From Candidatus Shapirobacteria bacterium (lineage in GTDB: Bacteria > Patescibacteriota > Microgenomatia > UBA12405), in contig JBAXAJ010000003.1 of NCBI GenBank assembly GCA_037142555.1, forward strand, positions 13,589-77,588: a stretch of 64,000 bases of DNA, written 5' to 3'. This document shows positions 17,472-27,058 of the stretch, piece by piece (positions within the stretch are counted from its first letter, which is position 1; each line of letters begins with the position of its first letter). The notes beneath the pieces were generated by a model. That model was not told the DNA's origin, searched no databases, and saw nothing but the letters and a program-made list of their open reading frames with translations. The position numbers and the translations under genes were made by a program.

Positions 17472-18050
17472 ATGGAAATTGAATATGAAGCAACTTTTAC
17501 TAATATAGACAAAAAAGATATTCGTTTTGAATTAAAAAAAATTGGGGCTAAACTTATAAAATCAGAATTTTTACAAAAAAGAATAGTTTTTTCACTTCCT
17601 GTAGGGAATGAGATTAAAGGTGGTTGGTTAAGAGTTAGAGATGAAGGTAATAAAAATACAATGAGTCTTAAAATTGTTGATGGTAATAAAATTGAAAATC
17701 AAAAAGAAATATGTTTAGAAATTAATGATTTTAATAAAGCCGTTGATTTTCTCGAGTTGATAGGTTGCAAAAAAAAATCCTACCAGGAATCAAAAAGGGA
17801 ATTATGGAAAATAGATGATGTTGAAATTACTATTGACGAGTGGCCTTTTTTGGAACCATTTATAGAAATTGAAGGAAAATCAGAAAAATCTGTTAAAAAT
17901 GTTTGTAAGAAGTTGAAATTTGATTATGAAAAAGCTATTTTTGATAGCGTTGATTTTCTTTATAGTAAAAAATATAAAATTCCAAAAGAAAGAATTAATA
18001 ACCTAACACCACGAATAGTTTTTGGAGAAAAAAATCCTTTTTTAAAATAG
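17472..18050 (+). CDS. CYTH domain protein (class IV adenylate cyclase/triphosphatase-like)
   Basis: EIEYEA(T)F N-terminus, WLRVR, SLK, IDEWP, FIEIEG. Confidence 0.88.
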   Translation: MEIEYEATFTNIDKKDIRFELKKIGAKLIKSEFLQKRIVFSLPVGNEIKGGWLRVRDEGNKNTMSLKIVDGNKIENQKEICLEINDFNKAVDFLELIGCKKKSYQESKRELWKIDDVEITIDEWPFLEPFIEIEGKSEKSVKNVCKKLKFDYEKAIFDSVDFLYSKKYKIPKERINNLTPRIVFGEKNPFLK

Positions 18051-18052
18051 TG

Positions 18053-18124
18053 TGACTCTACGGGGAATCGAACCCCGATTGGCAGAATGAGAATCTGCTG
18101 TCCTAACCATTAGACGATAGAGCC
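18053..18124 (-). tRNA. tRNA-Glu(CTC), CCA not encoded
   Basis: GGCTCTATCGTCTAATGGTTAGGACAGCAGATT-CTC-ATTCTGCCAATCGGGGTTCGATTCCCCGTAGAGTCA folds as a cloverleaf. Confidence 0.96.
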
Positions 18125-18366
18125 TTATTATTTATTAATCTTTCAACAGCTTTTCTACTCTTCCAAGATTTAATTTGTGTTTCTCTTTTTCTTGCTAGAG
18201 AAAGTGTCAAAAGTTCCTCAAAGTATATCAAATTCCAAGGCATTTTTAATTTTGTGTATCTAGATCTTCCAGTATTATGGTAATTTAACCTTTCTTTTAT
18301 ATTTGAAGTCGATCCAATATAATAAGAATTATCTTTTAATGAAATTAAAATATAAGTATAATACAT
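18103..18366 (-). CDS. small stand-alone GIY-YIG nuclease family protein (87 aa)
   Basis: YYTYIL...YYIGST...RL..HN.G..YT..PW.LIYFE...A.KRE.QIKSWK; stop codon lies within the tRNA. Confidence 0.92.
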   Translation of the reverse strand: MYYTYILISLKDNSYYIGSTSNIKERLNYHNTGRSRYTKLKMPWNLIYFEELLTLSLARKRETQIKSWKSRKAVERLINNKALSSNG

Positions 18367-18374
18367 GTAATTTA

Positions 18375-18450
18375 TCCTAACCATTAGTCCCGATCCTTCG
18401 GATCGAGGATGCTCGATTCGGCTTATTATCGAATCGGCAACGATAGAGCC
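18375..18450 (-). pseudogene. duplicated tRNA-Glu 5' fragment (24 nt) split by a 52-bp double-hairpin insertion
   Basis: 18440-18450 and 18375-18387 are identical to tRNA positions 18114-18124 and 18101-18113; insertion at 18388-18439. Confidence 0.88.
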
Positions 18451-18471
18451 AAATACTGTATAATTAACTAG

Positions 18472-19611
18472 ATGAATTTTACCAAATTTAACTATCATTT
18501 AAAGCTTATTGCTCTAACTGTTCTTTTTTCCACCTTTTTTACCTTATTTTTCTATTTAAACATCCCTGGAAAAATTGGATTTAATAATGTTTCTTTGGAA
18601 ACTATTTTTGCTAATTATGATGGTCCAAATTACATGGTTATCGCCAGATGTGGCTATGACAAAGATTGTATCAGTCAAAACTTTCCTCAATATAATAAAC
18701 CTGAATATTATCCAGCTCACTTGCCAGCCTACCCAGCTTTAATTAATATTATTTCTAATTTCACTTCAACTCCAAAAGCCATGATTCTAGCGACTCTCTT
18801 AAGTTCTATTTTCTTAACTTTAATATTTTTTGAGTTTTTAAAACTATTCATCAAAGAAAAAACAGCTTTTTGGTTGTCAACTCTTCTTCTATTTTTCCCA
18901 GCCCGTCTTCTAGTTTTGCGTCAAGTCGGTGCTCCAGAAGCCCTATTTTTAGCCACCATAATCGCTTCAATCTTCTATTTTAAAAAAGGCAAATATTTAA
19001 TTTCAGCCATTTTTGCTGCCATTGCTCAAAGTCTAAAAAGTCCAGGAATTCTTTTATTCATCTCTTTTGGAATAATGGCTATTTATGAATTAATTAAATA
19101 CAAAGACTTTTTAAAAACTTTTAAAAAATACATTTGTTATCTATTAGTTCCAGTCACAGTTTTTGGTGTCTTCTATTTATATTTAGTTCAAACAGGGGAC
19201 TTTTGGGCATATTTTCATAGTGCCGACAACTATAATTTAATAACTAAAATCCCTTATGCTGTTTTCTGGGGAAATCATAGCTGGGTCAACACTATTTGGT
19301 TAGAAGACATTGTTTATATCTTCTTGATAGCGTTCTATGGAATATATCGTTTATTCAAAAAATATAAATTTGATATTATTACTATTTTCCCGATCGTTTT
19401 TATGGTTGCCACTATTGGAGTAGCTCATCGTGATATCAGTCGTTACATCGCTCCAATCTATCCTTTCTTATTATTAGCCTTTGCAAAATTTTTAGATAAA
19501 AAATCTATCAAAATAATTTTTCTGATTTTACTTCCAGCCATTCTTCTCTATGCCATCAACTTCATTTCTGGTAACATCGCTCCAATCTCCAACTGGGCCC
19601 CATTTCTCTAA
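18472..19611 (+). CDS. GT-C fold membrane glycosyltransferase (PIG-V/mannosyltransferase-like)
   Basis: Polytopic; NYDGPNYMVIA..GY, P.YP, EALFL motifs. Confidence 0.7.
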   Translation: MNFTKFNYHLKLIALTVLFSTFFTLFFYLNIPGKIGFNNVSLETIFANYDGPNYMVIARCGYDKDCISQNFPQYNKPEYYPAHLPAYPALINIISNFTSTPKAMILATLLSSIFLTLIFFEFLKLFIKEKTAFWLSTLLLFFPARLLVLRQVGAPEALFLATIIASIFYFKKGKYLISAIFAAIAQSLKSPGILLFISFGIMAIYELIKYKDFLKTFKKYICYLLVPVTVFGVFYLYLVQTGDFWAYFHSADNYNLITKIPYAVFWGNHSWVNTIWLEDIVYIFLIAFYGIYRLFKKYKFDIITIFPIVFMVATIGVAHRDISRYIAPIYPFLLLAFAKFLDKKSIKIIFLILLPAILLYAINFISGNIAPISNWAPFL

Positions 19612-20486
19612 CTAATATAAATCTTATTATTTTCTTGTACGATTAAATCTCTCATCAACATCATCGAGATTGTTGTTGATATTTCACTAATTGGTGATCT
19701 AATTTTTTGACACAATTCATCAATCGTCACTTCTTCATTTTCTAAAACTGAAATTATTTCTTTTTCTAATTCAGATAAATTACTATAGTCTTTAAATAAA
19801 TTTTGTTGATTAGGACAACTACTATTATTTCCCAAAATATCAGCCACACAAGTCACCATTTTTGCCCCTCCACTTTGAATTAACCAATTTGTTCCTTCAG
19901 CAGTTTTAAAACCAATTTGGCCAGGGATAGCAAATATATTTTTCTTTTGTTTCAATGCTAATTTGGCCGTGATTAAACTTCCTGATTTCAACCCAGCTTC
20001 AACTATAAAAACTCCGATAGTTGATAGGGCCGACACAATTCTATTTCGTTGAGGAAAGCTCCATAAAGTTGCCTTAAAATCTGGTTCATATTCTGAAATT
20101 ACTAAACCACCTTTTTCCAAAATTTCAGTATAAAGATTATCGTTTTCACTTGGATATAACTCATCAAGTCCGCTTCCCAAAACCGCAATCGTTTTACCAC
20201 CTAATTCAAGACAATTTCTATGAGCCTCACTATCAACCCCATACATAAAACCAGAGATTATAGTAATTTTTTGACCAATTAACTCTGGCATAAATTTACT
20301 AATTATTTCTCGTCCATAGCGACTCAAAGCTCTGCTCCCCACTACTGCTAGTGTTTTAATAAATAGTTCTTCATTCCAACTTCCTCGATAATATAATTTT
20401 TCTGGACAATCACTAATTTTTTTTAAAAGATCAGGAAAATCTTTTTTCTCAATCATTTTAATCGGCCATCTCTTCCACTCTTTCAT
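19608..20486 (-). CDS. dprA: DNA-processing protein DprA
   Basis: AVVGSR, ISGFMYGVD, FPQRNRIVS, VEAGLKSGSLITA, C-terminal winged helix. Confidence 0.95.
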   Translation of the reverse strand: MKEWKRWPIKMIEKKDFPDLLKKISDCPEKLYYRGSWNEELFIKTLAVVGSRALSRYGREIISKFMPELIGQKITIISGFMYGVDSEAHRNCLELGGKTIAVLGSGLDELYPSENDNLYTEILEKGGLVISEYEPDFKATLWSFPQRNRIVSALSTIGVFIVEAGLKSGSLITAKLALKQKKNIFAIPGQIGFKTAEGTNWLIQSGGAKMVTCVADILGNNSSCPNQQNLFKDYSNLSELEKEIISVLENEEVTIDELCQKIRSPISEISTTISMMLMRDLIVQENNKIYIS

Positions 20487-20791
20487 ATATTTTCATAATG
20501 ATTAATCCTTTCAATTTCTTTATCTACTTCATTTAATACAATACAAAGCGCGTCAATTCTGTATTTCTTAAACTTCTTAGCAATTTTATTTTCTAAAATT
20601 AAAAAGCTTTCAGCTACTCTTTTAATTTGACTAAGTTTTCTCTTATCAATCATTTCCTCTGGAATCCCAAATTTATCTCCAACTTTTAATTTGACCTCCA
20701 CAAACACCACCAGTTCATATCCTTTTTTGACCAAAAATTCCCTAGCCATATCTTCACCATTTTTCCCTTTATTATAATTTTCTATTTTCAT
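20483..20791 (-). CDS. yraN: YraN family protein with internal in-frame deletion (possibly degenerate)
   Basis: G..GE..A..FL.KKGY joined directly to VFVEVK; RID motif present; NYR...GEID segment absent. Confidence 0.75.
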   Translation of the reverse strand: MKIENYNKGKNGEDMAREFLVKKGYELVVFVEVKLKVGDKFGIPEEMIDKRKLSQIKRVAESFLILENKIAKKFKKYRIDALCIVLNEVDKEIERINHYENI

Positions 20792-22311
20792 AATCTATAT
20801 TGCAAAGCTTCTGCCACATGAAACTCTTTAATAATTTCCGCCTTCTCCAAATCAGCAATAGTCCGAGAAACTTTTATTAATCTGAAATAAGATCTGGCCG
20901 ACAAGGCAAACTTATTAACTGCTTGTTTTAGGAGTAAATTAGCTTCATCACTTAGTTTTGCAAATTCTTTTAGATGACTATTTTTCATGTCTGAATTGCT
21001 GTGGATATGAGCTAAATCTTTAAACCTTTCGCTCTGGATTTTTCTAGCCTCGTTAATTCTTTTCTTGATTTCCAAAGAACTTTCTCCACTCACTTTTTGT
21101 TTATCAATCATTAAATTATTAACATCAACAGCTGGAACTGTTAAATGCAAATCAATTCGATCCATTATTGGTCCAGACAACTTTTTTTGATAATTTAAAA
21201 CTTGATAACTGCCACATTTACATTCTTTTTTAGGATCTCCAAGATGTCCACACGGGCAAGGGTTTGCAGCTGCCACCAACATAAACTGAGCTGGGAAAGT
21301 CATTGAACCACTGGCTCTAGAAATACAAACATAACCATCTTCAAGTGGTTGTCTCAAAGCTTCAAGCGAATTTCTACCAAATTCTGGAAATTCATCCAAA
21401 AACAAAACTCCTCGATGAGCCAAAGAAATTTCACCCGGACGAGGATTACTACCACCACCAATTAATCCTATTTGTGAAGTTGTGTGATGTGGCCCTCTAA
21501 AAGGTCTCTGTCGAACTAAAGATCCACCAGGAGGAATGTTGCCAGTTAAAGAATAAATTTTAGTCACTTCCAAACTTTCTTTTTCAGTTAAATTTGGCAA
21601 AATTCCCGCCATAGCCCGAGCCAACATAGTTTTTCCCGATCCTGGAGGCCCCATCATAAAAATATTATGTCCACCAGCGGCCGCAATTTCCAAAGCTCTC
21701 TTTGCCTGTTGTTGGCCCAGAATTTCATTAAAATCAAATTCAGGCCGAATGTCATTTAAAATTTCAGTTACATTAATTGCTTTTAATGGCTCAATCAGTT
21801 TTTCTCCATTCAGATGTTTAATCAGAGTTTTCAAATTATCGACTGGATAAACATTAATCCCTTCAACCACACTAGCCTCATTAGCACTCATTCTTGGAAC
21901 AAATAAATCTTTCACTCCATTTTCTTTTGCTAAAAGCGCCAACAAAAACACGCCTCGGCTGTGGTGTAAACTGCCATCTAGTGATAATTCACCATAGAAA
22001 TAGGCCTTTTCTTTTGGTAATTTAACTTCACCAATTGCCGCAATAACTCCAATTGCCACTGGTAAGTCATAAGCAGAACCATCTTTTGCCAAATCAGCTG
22101 GTGCTAAATTAACTGTGATTTTAGCCACTGGAAATTCAATGTCCGAATTAATTATGGCTGTTTTAACTCTTTCTTTAGTTTCATCAACTGAGCGACCAGC
22201 TAAACCTACAATCCCAAAAGAGGGGAATCCCTTATCCGCAACATTAACTTCAACATCAACATTTTCACTCTTTAAACCAATATTGGCCATCGATAATATT
22301 TTAATTAGCAT
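20788..22311 (-). CDS. comM: ComM/YifB Mg-chelatase-like AAA+ helicase
   Basis: VNLAPADL.KDG, GPPGSGKTM, PFRGPHHT, PGEISLAHRGVLFLDE, NPCPCG. Confidence 0.95.
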   Translation of the reverse strand: MLIKILSMANIGLKSENVDVEVNVADKGFPSFGIVGLAGRSVDETKERVKTAIINSDIEFPVAKITVNLAPADLAKDGSAYDLPVAIGVIAAIGEVKLPKEKAYFYGELSLDGSLHHSRGVFLLALLAKENGVKDLFVPRMSANEASVVEGINVYPVDNLKTLIKHLNGEKLIEPLKAINVTEILNDIRPEFDFNEILGQQQAKRALEIAAAGGHNIFMMGPPGSGKTMLARAMAGILPNLTEKESLEVTKIYSLTGNIPPGGSLVRQRPFRGPHHTTSQIGLIGGGSNPRPGEISLAHRGVLFLDEFPEFGRNSLEALRQPLEDGYVCISRASGSMTFPAQFMLVAAANPCPCGHLGDPKKECKCGSYQVLNYQKKLSGPIMDRIDLHLTVPAVDVNNLMIDKQKVSGESSLEIKKRINEARKIQSERFKDLAHIHSNSDMKNSHLKEFAKLSDEANLLLKQAVNKFALSARSYFRLIKVSRTIADLEKAEIIKEFHVAEALQYRL

Positions 22312-22404
22312 ATTAAAATTTAACAGAAAATCTTTAAAGATGTAATATATCTAACTAAATCACTTACAACCAAATAAAAGACGAAACTTTGATAAAATAT
22401 AAGG

Positions 22405-24396
22405 GTGCCATTTCAAATAAAATCACCATATAAACCAACTGGAGATCAGCCTGAAGCTATCAAAAAATTAGTCAGTAATTTTCAAAAAGGTGAAAACAGA
22501 CAAACTCTTTTAGGTGTCACTGGATCTGGTAAAACTTTCACTATTGCCAATCTTATTGAACAAACTCAATTACCAACTCTAATTATTTCCCACAATAAGA
22601 CTCTAGCTGGTCAACTCTATCAAGAATTTAAAGAGCTTTTTCCAAACAATAAAGTTTCCTATTTTGTTTCTTATTATGACTATTATCAACCAGAAGCCTA
22701 TCTTCCTGCTTCTGACACCTACATTGCCAAAGAAGTTCAAATTAATGATTTAATCGATAAATTAAGGTTAGAAGCCACTTCAAACCTATTTTCTGGCAAT
22801 GATAACATCATCATCGCCTCTGTCAGTTGTATCTACAACATCGGTGATCCAATGGAATTTGGTGATTTAACTATCGATTTTAATATCGATCAAAGCTGGC
22901 CTCGTCGTCAACTTTTTGAAAAATTAATCTCTCTTTTCTACACTCGTTCAGAGTTAGAATTTAAAAGATCAACTTTCCGAGTCAGAGGTGAAACTATTGA
23001 AGTTTGGCCATCCTATCAAGATTCTGTAATTTCACTGGAATTTCAAAATGATGTTTTGAAAAAAATAATTGAAAGAAACCCAATGACTGCCAAAGAATTT
23101 AACCTTGAAAAATTTAGACTCTATCCAGCTAAACAATATGTTGGCGCTTCAGGTGAAAAATTAGACCATATCTATGAAGAAATTAGGTCTGATTGTGTTA
23201 AACAATCCGAAAAATTTAAAAGCCAAAACAAAATTCTTGAAGCTCATCGAATTGAACAAAGAGTTGATTATGATCTAGAAATGCTTAAAGAAACTGGCTA
23301 CATAAATGGCATTGAAAATTATTCAACTTATTTCGAAAAAGATCGAAAAGCTGGTGACCCGCCATACACTTTAATCGATTATTTTCGTCATCTTTGGGGT
23401 GACAATTTTTTGACTGTCATCGATGAATCTCATGTAACCATTCCTCAAATTGGTGGCATGTTCGGAGGTGATTTCGCCAGAAAAACTAATTTAGTTGATT
23501 TTGGTTTTCGTCTTCCATCCGCTTTTGACAACCGACCTTTAAGGTTTGAAGAATTCAACAAAAGAGTTTCCAAAGTTGTCTATGTTTCCGCCACTCCTTC
23601 AAAATATGAAATTGAAGATTCTAAAAATAATATTGTTGAACAAATTATTAGACCAACTGGTCTAGTTGATCCACCAATCACCATCAAAGCAAGCAAAAAC
23701 CAAATCCCAGATTTAATAGAAGAAATTAACAAAAGAATTGCTAAAAAAGAGAGAAGTTTAGTTTTAACTTTAACTAAAAGAATGGCTGAAGATTTATCAA
23801 CCTATTTATCTGAAAAAACTTCCATAAAAGTAGCTTATCTCCATTCGGACATTGCTACTCTCGAAAGATCAGCTATTCTAGATAATTTACGCTCTGGTAA
23901 CTATGACGTTTTAATTGGTATTAATCTTTTGCGTGAAGGTCTAGACCTTCCAGAAGTCAGCTTAGTAGCCATTCTTGATGCAGATCAACAAGGATTCTTA
24001 AGGTCAAAATCAGCTCTAATTCAAATAATGGGTCGAGCCTCAAGACATCTTTCTGGCCAAGTAATCTTATATGCTGATCGAGTTTCCGATGCCATGGATG
24101 GAGCCATAAAAGAAGTCAATCGTCGTCGTAAAATTCAGTTAAAATATAATAAAGATAATAACATTACTGCCAAAACAGTGGTAAAATCTATTCGTCCTCA
24201 AATTATTGAATTAATTAAAACTGAGACAAAACCTGAATGGTTTAAGATTGATCCATCAACCTTAACTCCAAATCAGAAAACTAAACATATTAAAGATCTT
24301 AAAAAACAAATGCGCAATTTTGCTTTTGCCCTAGATTTTGAAGAAGCTATAAAAATTAGAGATAAAATAAAGGAGATAGAACAAAGTGTTAGATAA
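22405..24396 (+). CDS. uvrB: excinuclease ABC subunit B
   Basis: PTGDQP, LGVTGSGKT, FVSYYDYYQPEAY, DESH, GINLLREGLD. Confidence 0.97.
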   Translation: MPFQIKSPYKPTGDQPEAIKKLVSNFQKGENRQTLLGVTGSGKTFTIANLIEQTQLPTLIISHNKTLAGQLYQEFKELFPNNKVSYFVSYYDYYQPEAYLPASDTYIAKEVQINDLIDKLRLEATSNLFSGNDNIIIASVSCIYNIGDPMEFGDLTIDFNIDQSWPRRQLFEKLISLFYTRSELEFKRSTFRVRGETIEVWPSYQDSVISLEFQNDVLKKIIERNPMTAKEFNLEKFRLYPAKQYVGASGEKLDHIYEEIRSDCVKQSEKFKSQNKILEAHRIEQRVDYDLEMLKETGYINGIENYSTYFEKDRKAGDPPYTLIDYFRHLWGDNFLTVIDESHVTIPQIGGMFGGDFARKTNLVDFGFRLPSAFDNRPLRFEEFNKRVSKVVYVSATPSKYEIEDSKNNIVEQIIRPTGLVDPPITIKASKNQIPDLIEEINKRIAKKERSLVLTLTKRMAEDLSTYLSEKTSIKVAYLHSDIATLERSAILDNLRSGNYDVLIGINLLREGLDLPEVSLVAILDADQQGFLRSKSALIQIMGRASRHLSGQVILYADRVSDAMDGAIKEVNRRRKIQLKYNKDNNITAKTVVKSIRPQIIELIKTETKPEWFKIDPSTLTPNQKTKHIKDLKKQMRNFAFALDFEEAIKIRDKIKEIEQSVR

Positions 24397-27058
24397 AATA
24401 ATAGTTAAAGGAGCCAGAGAAAACAATTTAAAAAATGTTTCCTTTGAATTTCCTAAAAATAAAATGGTAGTTTTCACCGGAGTTTCTGGCTCTGGAAAAT
24501 CTTCTATGGCTTTTGACACTCTCTTTGCTGAAGGTCAGCGTCGTTATGTTGAAAGTCTTTCTTCTTACGCCCGTCAATTTTTAGGCAGCATGAAACGTCC
24601 AGATGTTGATTTAATTGAAGGACTTTCGCCGTCAATTGCTATCAACCAAAAAGCAATTTCTCACAATCCTCGTTCAACGGTCGGAACTGTCACTGAAATT
24701 TATGACTATCTCCGTCTACTATTTGCCAGAATTGGTCATCCACATTGTCCTAACTGTGGTCGAGAAGTTTCTCCTCAAACCAGTAAACAAATAGTCACTC
24801 AGATTTTAAATGTTGCTAAAACTCAAACTCACAATAAAAACGTCTATAAATTTTTTGTCCTTTCTCCAATCGTAATTAATAAAAAAGGTGACTTTATTGG
24901 TCTAACTGAAAACTTAAGAAAACAAGGTTATAAATGGATCAGAGTTGATAGCCATATTCTTGATCTTTATACCGATTTTGGAATTGCTAAAACTAACAAA
25001 CATGACATTTCAGCAGTTGTTGATCGAGTTTCTATAAGCAGAGATTCTTTTAAAAATGAAAAATCTCTTTACGATCGTCTAATCGATGATGTTGAACAAG
25101 CTATGAAATTAGCAAATGGCCTAGTAGTTGTTTCAGAAGTCAAAGACACTTCTTTTGATTTTCCAGATTTTCCAACTGAAATGACCGACACTCTCTATTC
25201 AGAAAATTTTGCCTGTCCTGTTTGTAACATTTCTCTAGCCGAAATTGAACCAAGATTATTTTCTTTCAATTCTCCTCAAGGCGCTTGTGAAGACTGTAAA
25301 GGTTTAGGTTCTAAATTTCAAATTGATCGTTCTAAATTCCCTGAATGGAAAGCTAAAATGCTCGAGGGCAGATATGTCAATTCTGGTTCTGACGCTGTCA
25401 GAGAAGAACTAGAAAAATTCATGATTAAAAAACCTTGTCTCACTTGTCACAGTTCTCGTTTGAACCCTGAAGCTCTATCAATCACTATTCTAGATAAAAA
25501 TATCTATCAAATTTGTCAACTTCCAATTGAAAAACTAACAAATTGGATGATGACTCTAGATTCTGCTCTCCAAAATGACATTGAAAAAGAAATTTTAGTT
25601 CCTATTAGAAAGGAGTTAAGTGCTCGTCTAGAATTCTTATTAGCTGTTGGTCTAGATTATTTAAGTCTAGAGCGTGAAGCTGGGACTCTATCAAGTGGTG
25701 AATCACAACGAATTCGTCTAGCTAGTCAAATTGGAACTGGTCTAACTGGAGTTCTCTACATTCTTGATGAACCAACCATTGGTCTTCATTCTCGTGACAA
25801 CGATCGTCTAATTGGAACTCTAAAAAAACTTAAAGATTTAGGCAACACCATGGTAATAGTCGAACATGATGAAGATGTCATCAGGAACGCCGATTATGTG
25901 GTCGATTTTGGCCCATATGCTGGCAAAAATGGTGGGGATATCGTGGCCCAAGGTTCAGTCTCCGACATTGAAAATAATAAAAATTCTTTAACGGGTAAGT
26001 ATCTTTCTGGCAAACTAAAAATCGAATCAGTCAGTAAAGTCCCTCTTGTCAAAGAGGGATTTAGGGAGATTGCTATAACTGGAGCCAAACAATGGAATTT
26101 AAAAAACATTAATGTTGAATTCCCATTAAACAAATTTATTTGTGTAACCGGAGTCTCTGGCTCTGGAAAATCAACTTTAATTCATGACACTTTATATGGT
26201 GGAGTTCGTAAAGCAACTCTCGGTTCTTATTATGGAACAATAGGGGAATATGACAAAATTTCTGGTTGTGAAAATCTTTCTGATGTTCTTCTAGTTGATC
26301 AATCGCCAATTGGGCGAACTCCAAGAAGTAACCCCGCCACTTACACTAAAGTTTTTGATGACATTCGTAACCTTCTAGCTCAAACTATTGAAGCCAAAAT
26401 CAGAGGTTACAGCTCCAGCCGTTTTTCTTTTAATGTCAAAGAAGGTCGTTGTCCAGTTTGTGAAGGCCAAGGTCAAATCAAAATTGAAATGCAATTCTTA
26501 TCAGACATCTATGTCACTTGTGACGAATGTCATGGATCTAGATTTAAAGAAGAAACTCTTGAAGTTGATTATAAAGGTAAAAACATAACTGAAATCTTAA
26601 AAATGACAGTCGATGAAGCTCTAGAATTTTTCAAAAATATTAACAGTCTTCGTCGTAAACTAACTACCATTCAAGAAGTCGGTCTTGGCTATTTAGAGCT
26701 TGGACAACCATCAAACACTCTATCTGGTGGTGAATCCCAAAGATTAAAAATCAGCCGAGAATTAGTCAAAAAAGAAGATGGCAAAATGCTCTACATTCTT
26801 GATGAACCAACCACTGGTCTTCATTTTTATGACATTGATAAATTAATTAAAGTCCTAAGAAAATTAGTCGACAAAGGTAACACTGTTGTTGTCATTGAAC
26901 ACAATTTGGACATGATTAAAAATGCCGATTGGATCATTGATATGGGCCCAGAAGGCGGAGAAAAAGGTGGAGAAGTGATGGTTGCTGGAACAGTTCAAGA
27001 TGTAATTAACTGCAAAAAAAGTTATACCGGCCAATATCTCAAAAAATGTTTGACTTAA
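24386..27058 (+). CDS. uvrA: excinuclease ABC subunit A
   Basis: Two GVSGSGKS Walker A motifs, LSSGE/LSGGE, LDEPT, zinc fingers. Confidence 0.97.
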   Translation: MLDKIIVKGARENNLKNVSFEFPKNKMVVFTGVSGSGKSSMAFDTLFAEGQRRYVESLSSYARQFLGSMKRPDVDLIEGLSPSIAINQKAISHNPRSTVGTVTEIYDYLRLLFARIGHPHCPNCGREVSPQTSKQIVTQILNVAKTQTHNKNVYKFFVLSPIVINKKGDFIGLTENLRKQGYKWIRVDSHILDLYTDFGIAKTNKHDISAVVDRVSISRDSFKNEKSLYDRLIDDVEQAMKLANGLVVVSEVKDTSFDFPDFPTEMTDTLYSENFACPVCNISLAEIEPRLFSFNSPQGACEDCKGLGSKFQIDRSKFPEWKAKMLEGRYVNSGSDAVREELEKFMIKKPCLTCHSSRLNPEALSITILDKNIYQICQLPIEKLTNWMMTLDSALQNDIEKEILVPIRKELSARLEFLLAVGLDYLSLEREAGTLSSGESQRIRLASQIGTGLTGVLYILDEPTIGLHSRDNDRLIGTLKKLKDLGNTMVIVEHDEDVIRNADYVVDFGPYAGKNGGDIVAQGSVSDIENNKNSLTGKYLSGKLKIESVSKVPLVKEGFREIAITGAKQWNLKNINVEFPLNKFICVTGVSGSGKSTLIHDTLYGGVRKATLGSYYGTIGEYDKISGCENLSDVLLVDQSPIGRTPRSNPATYTKVFDDIRNLLAQTIEAKIRGYSSSRFSFNVKEGRCPVCEGQGQIKIEMQFLSDIYVTCDECHGSRFKEETLEVDYKGKNITEILKMTVDEALEFFKNINSLRRKLTTIQEVGLGYLELGQPSNTLSGGESQRLKISRELVKKEDGKMLYILDEPTTGLHFYDIDKLIKVLRKLVDKGNTVVVIEHNLDMIKNADWIIDMGPEGGEKGGEVMVAGTVQDVINCKKSYTGQYLKKCLT

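Noticed and set aside
18375-18450. Intron-containing or second functional tRNA
   Set aside because: Only nt 1-24 are present; no anticodon or T arm follows.
18367-18498. 44-aa N-terminal extension of the GIY-YIG ORF in the ORF track
   Set aside because: It runs through the tRNA fragment and hairpins and overlaps a divergent gene; the family-typical start MYYTYIL with an SD is at 18366.
22312-22404. LexA/SOS box between comM and uvrB
   Set aside because: No recognisable CTGT-N8-ACAG or GAAC-N4-GTTC palindrome.
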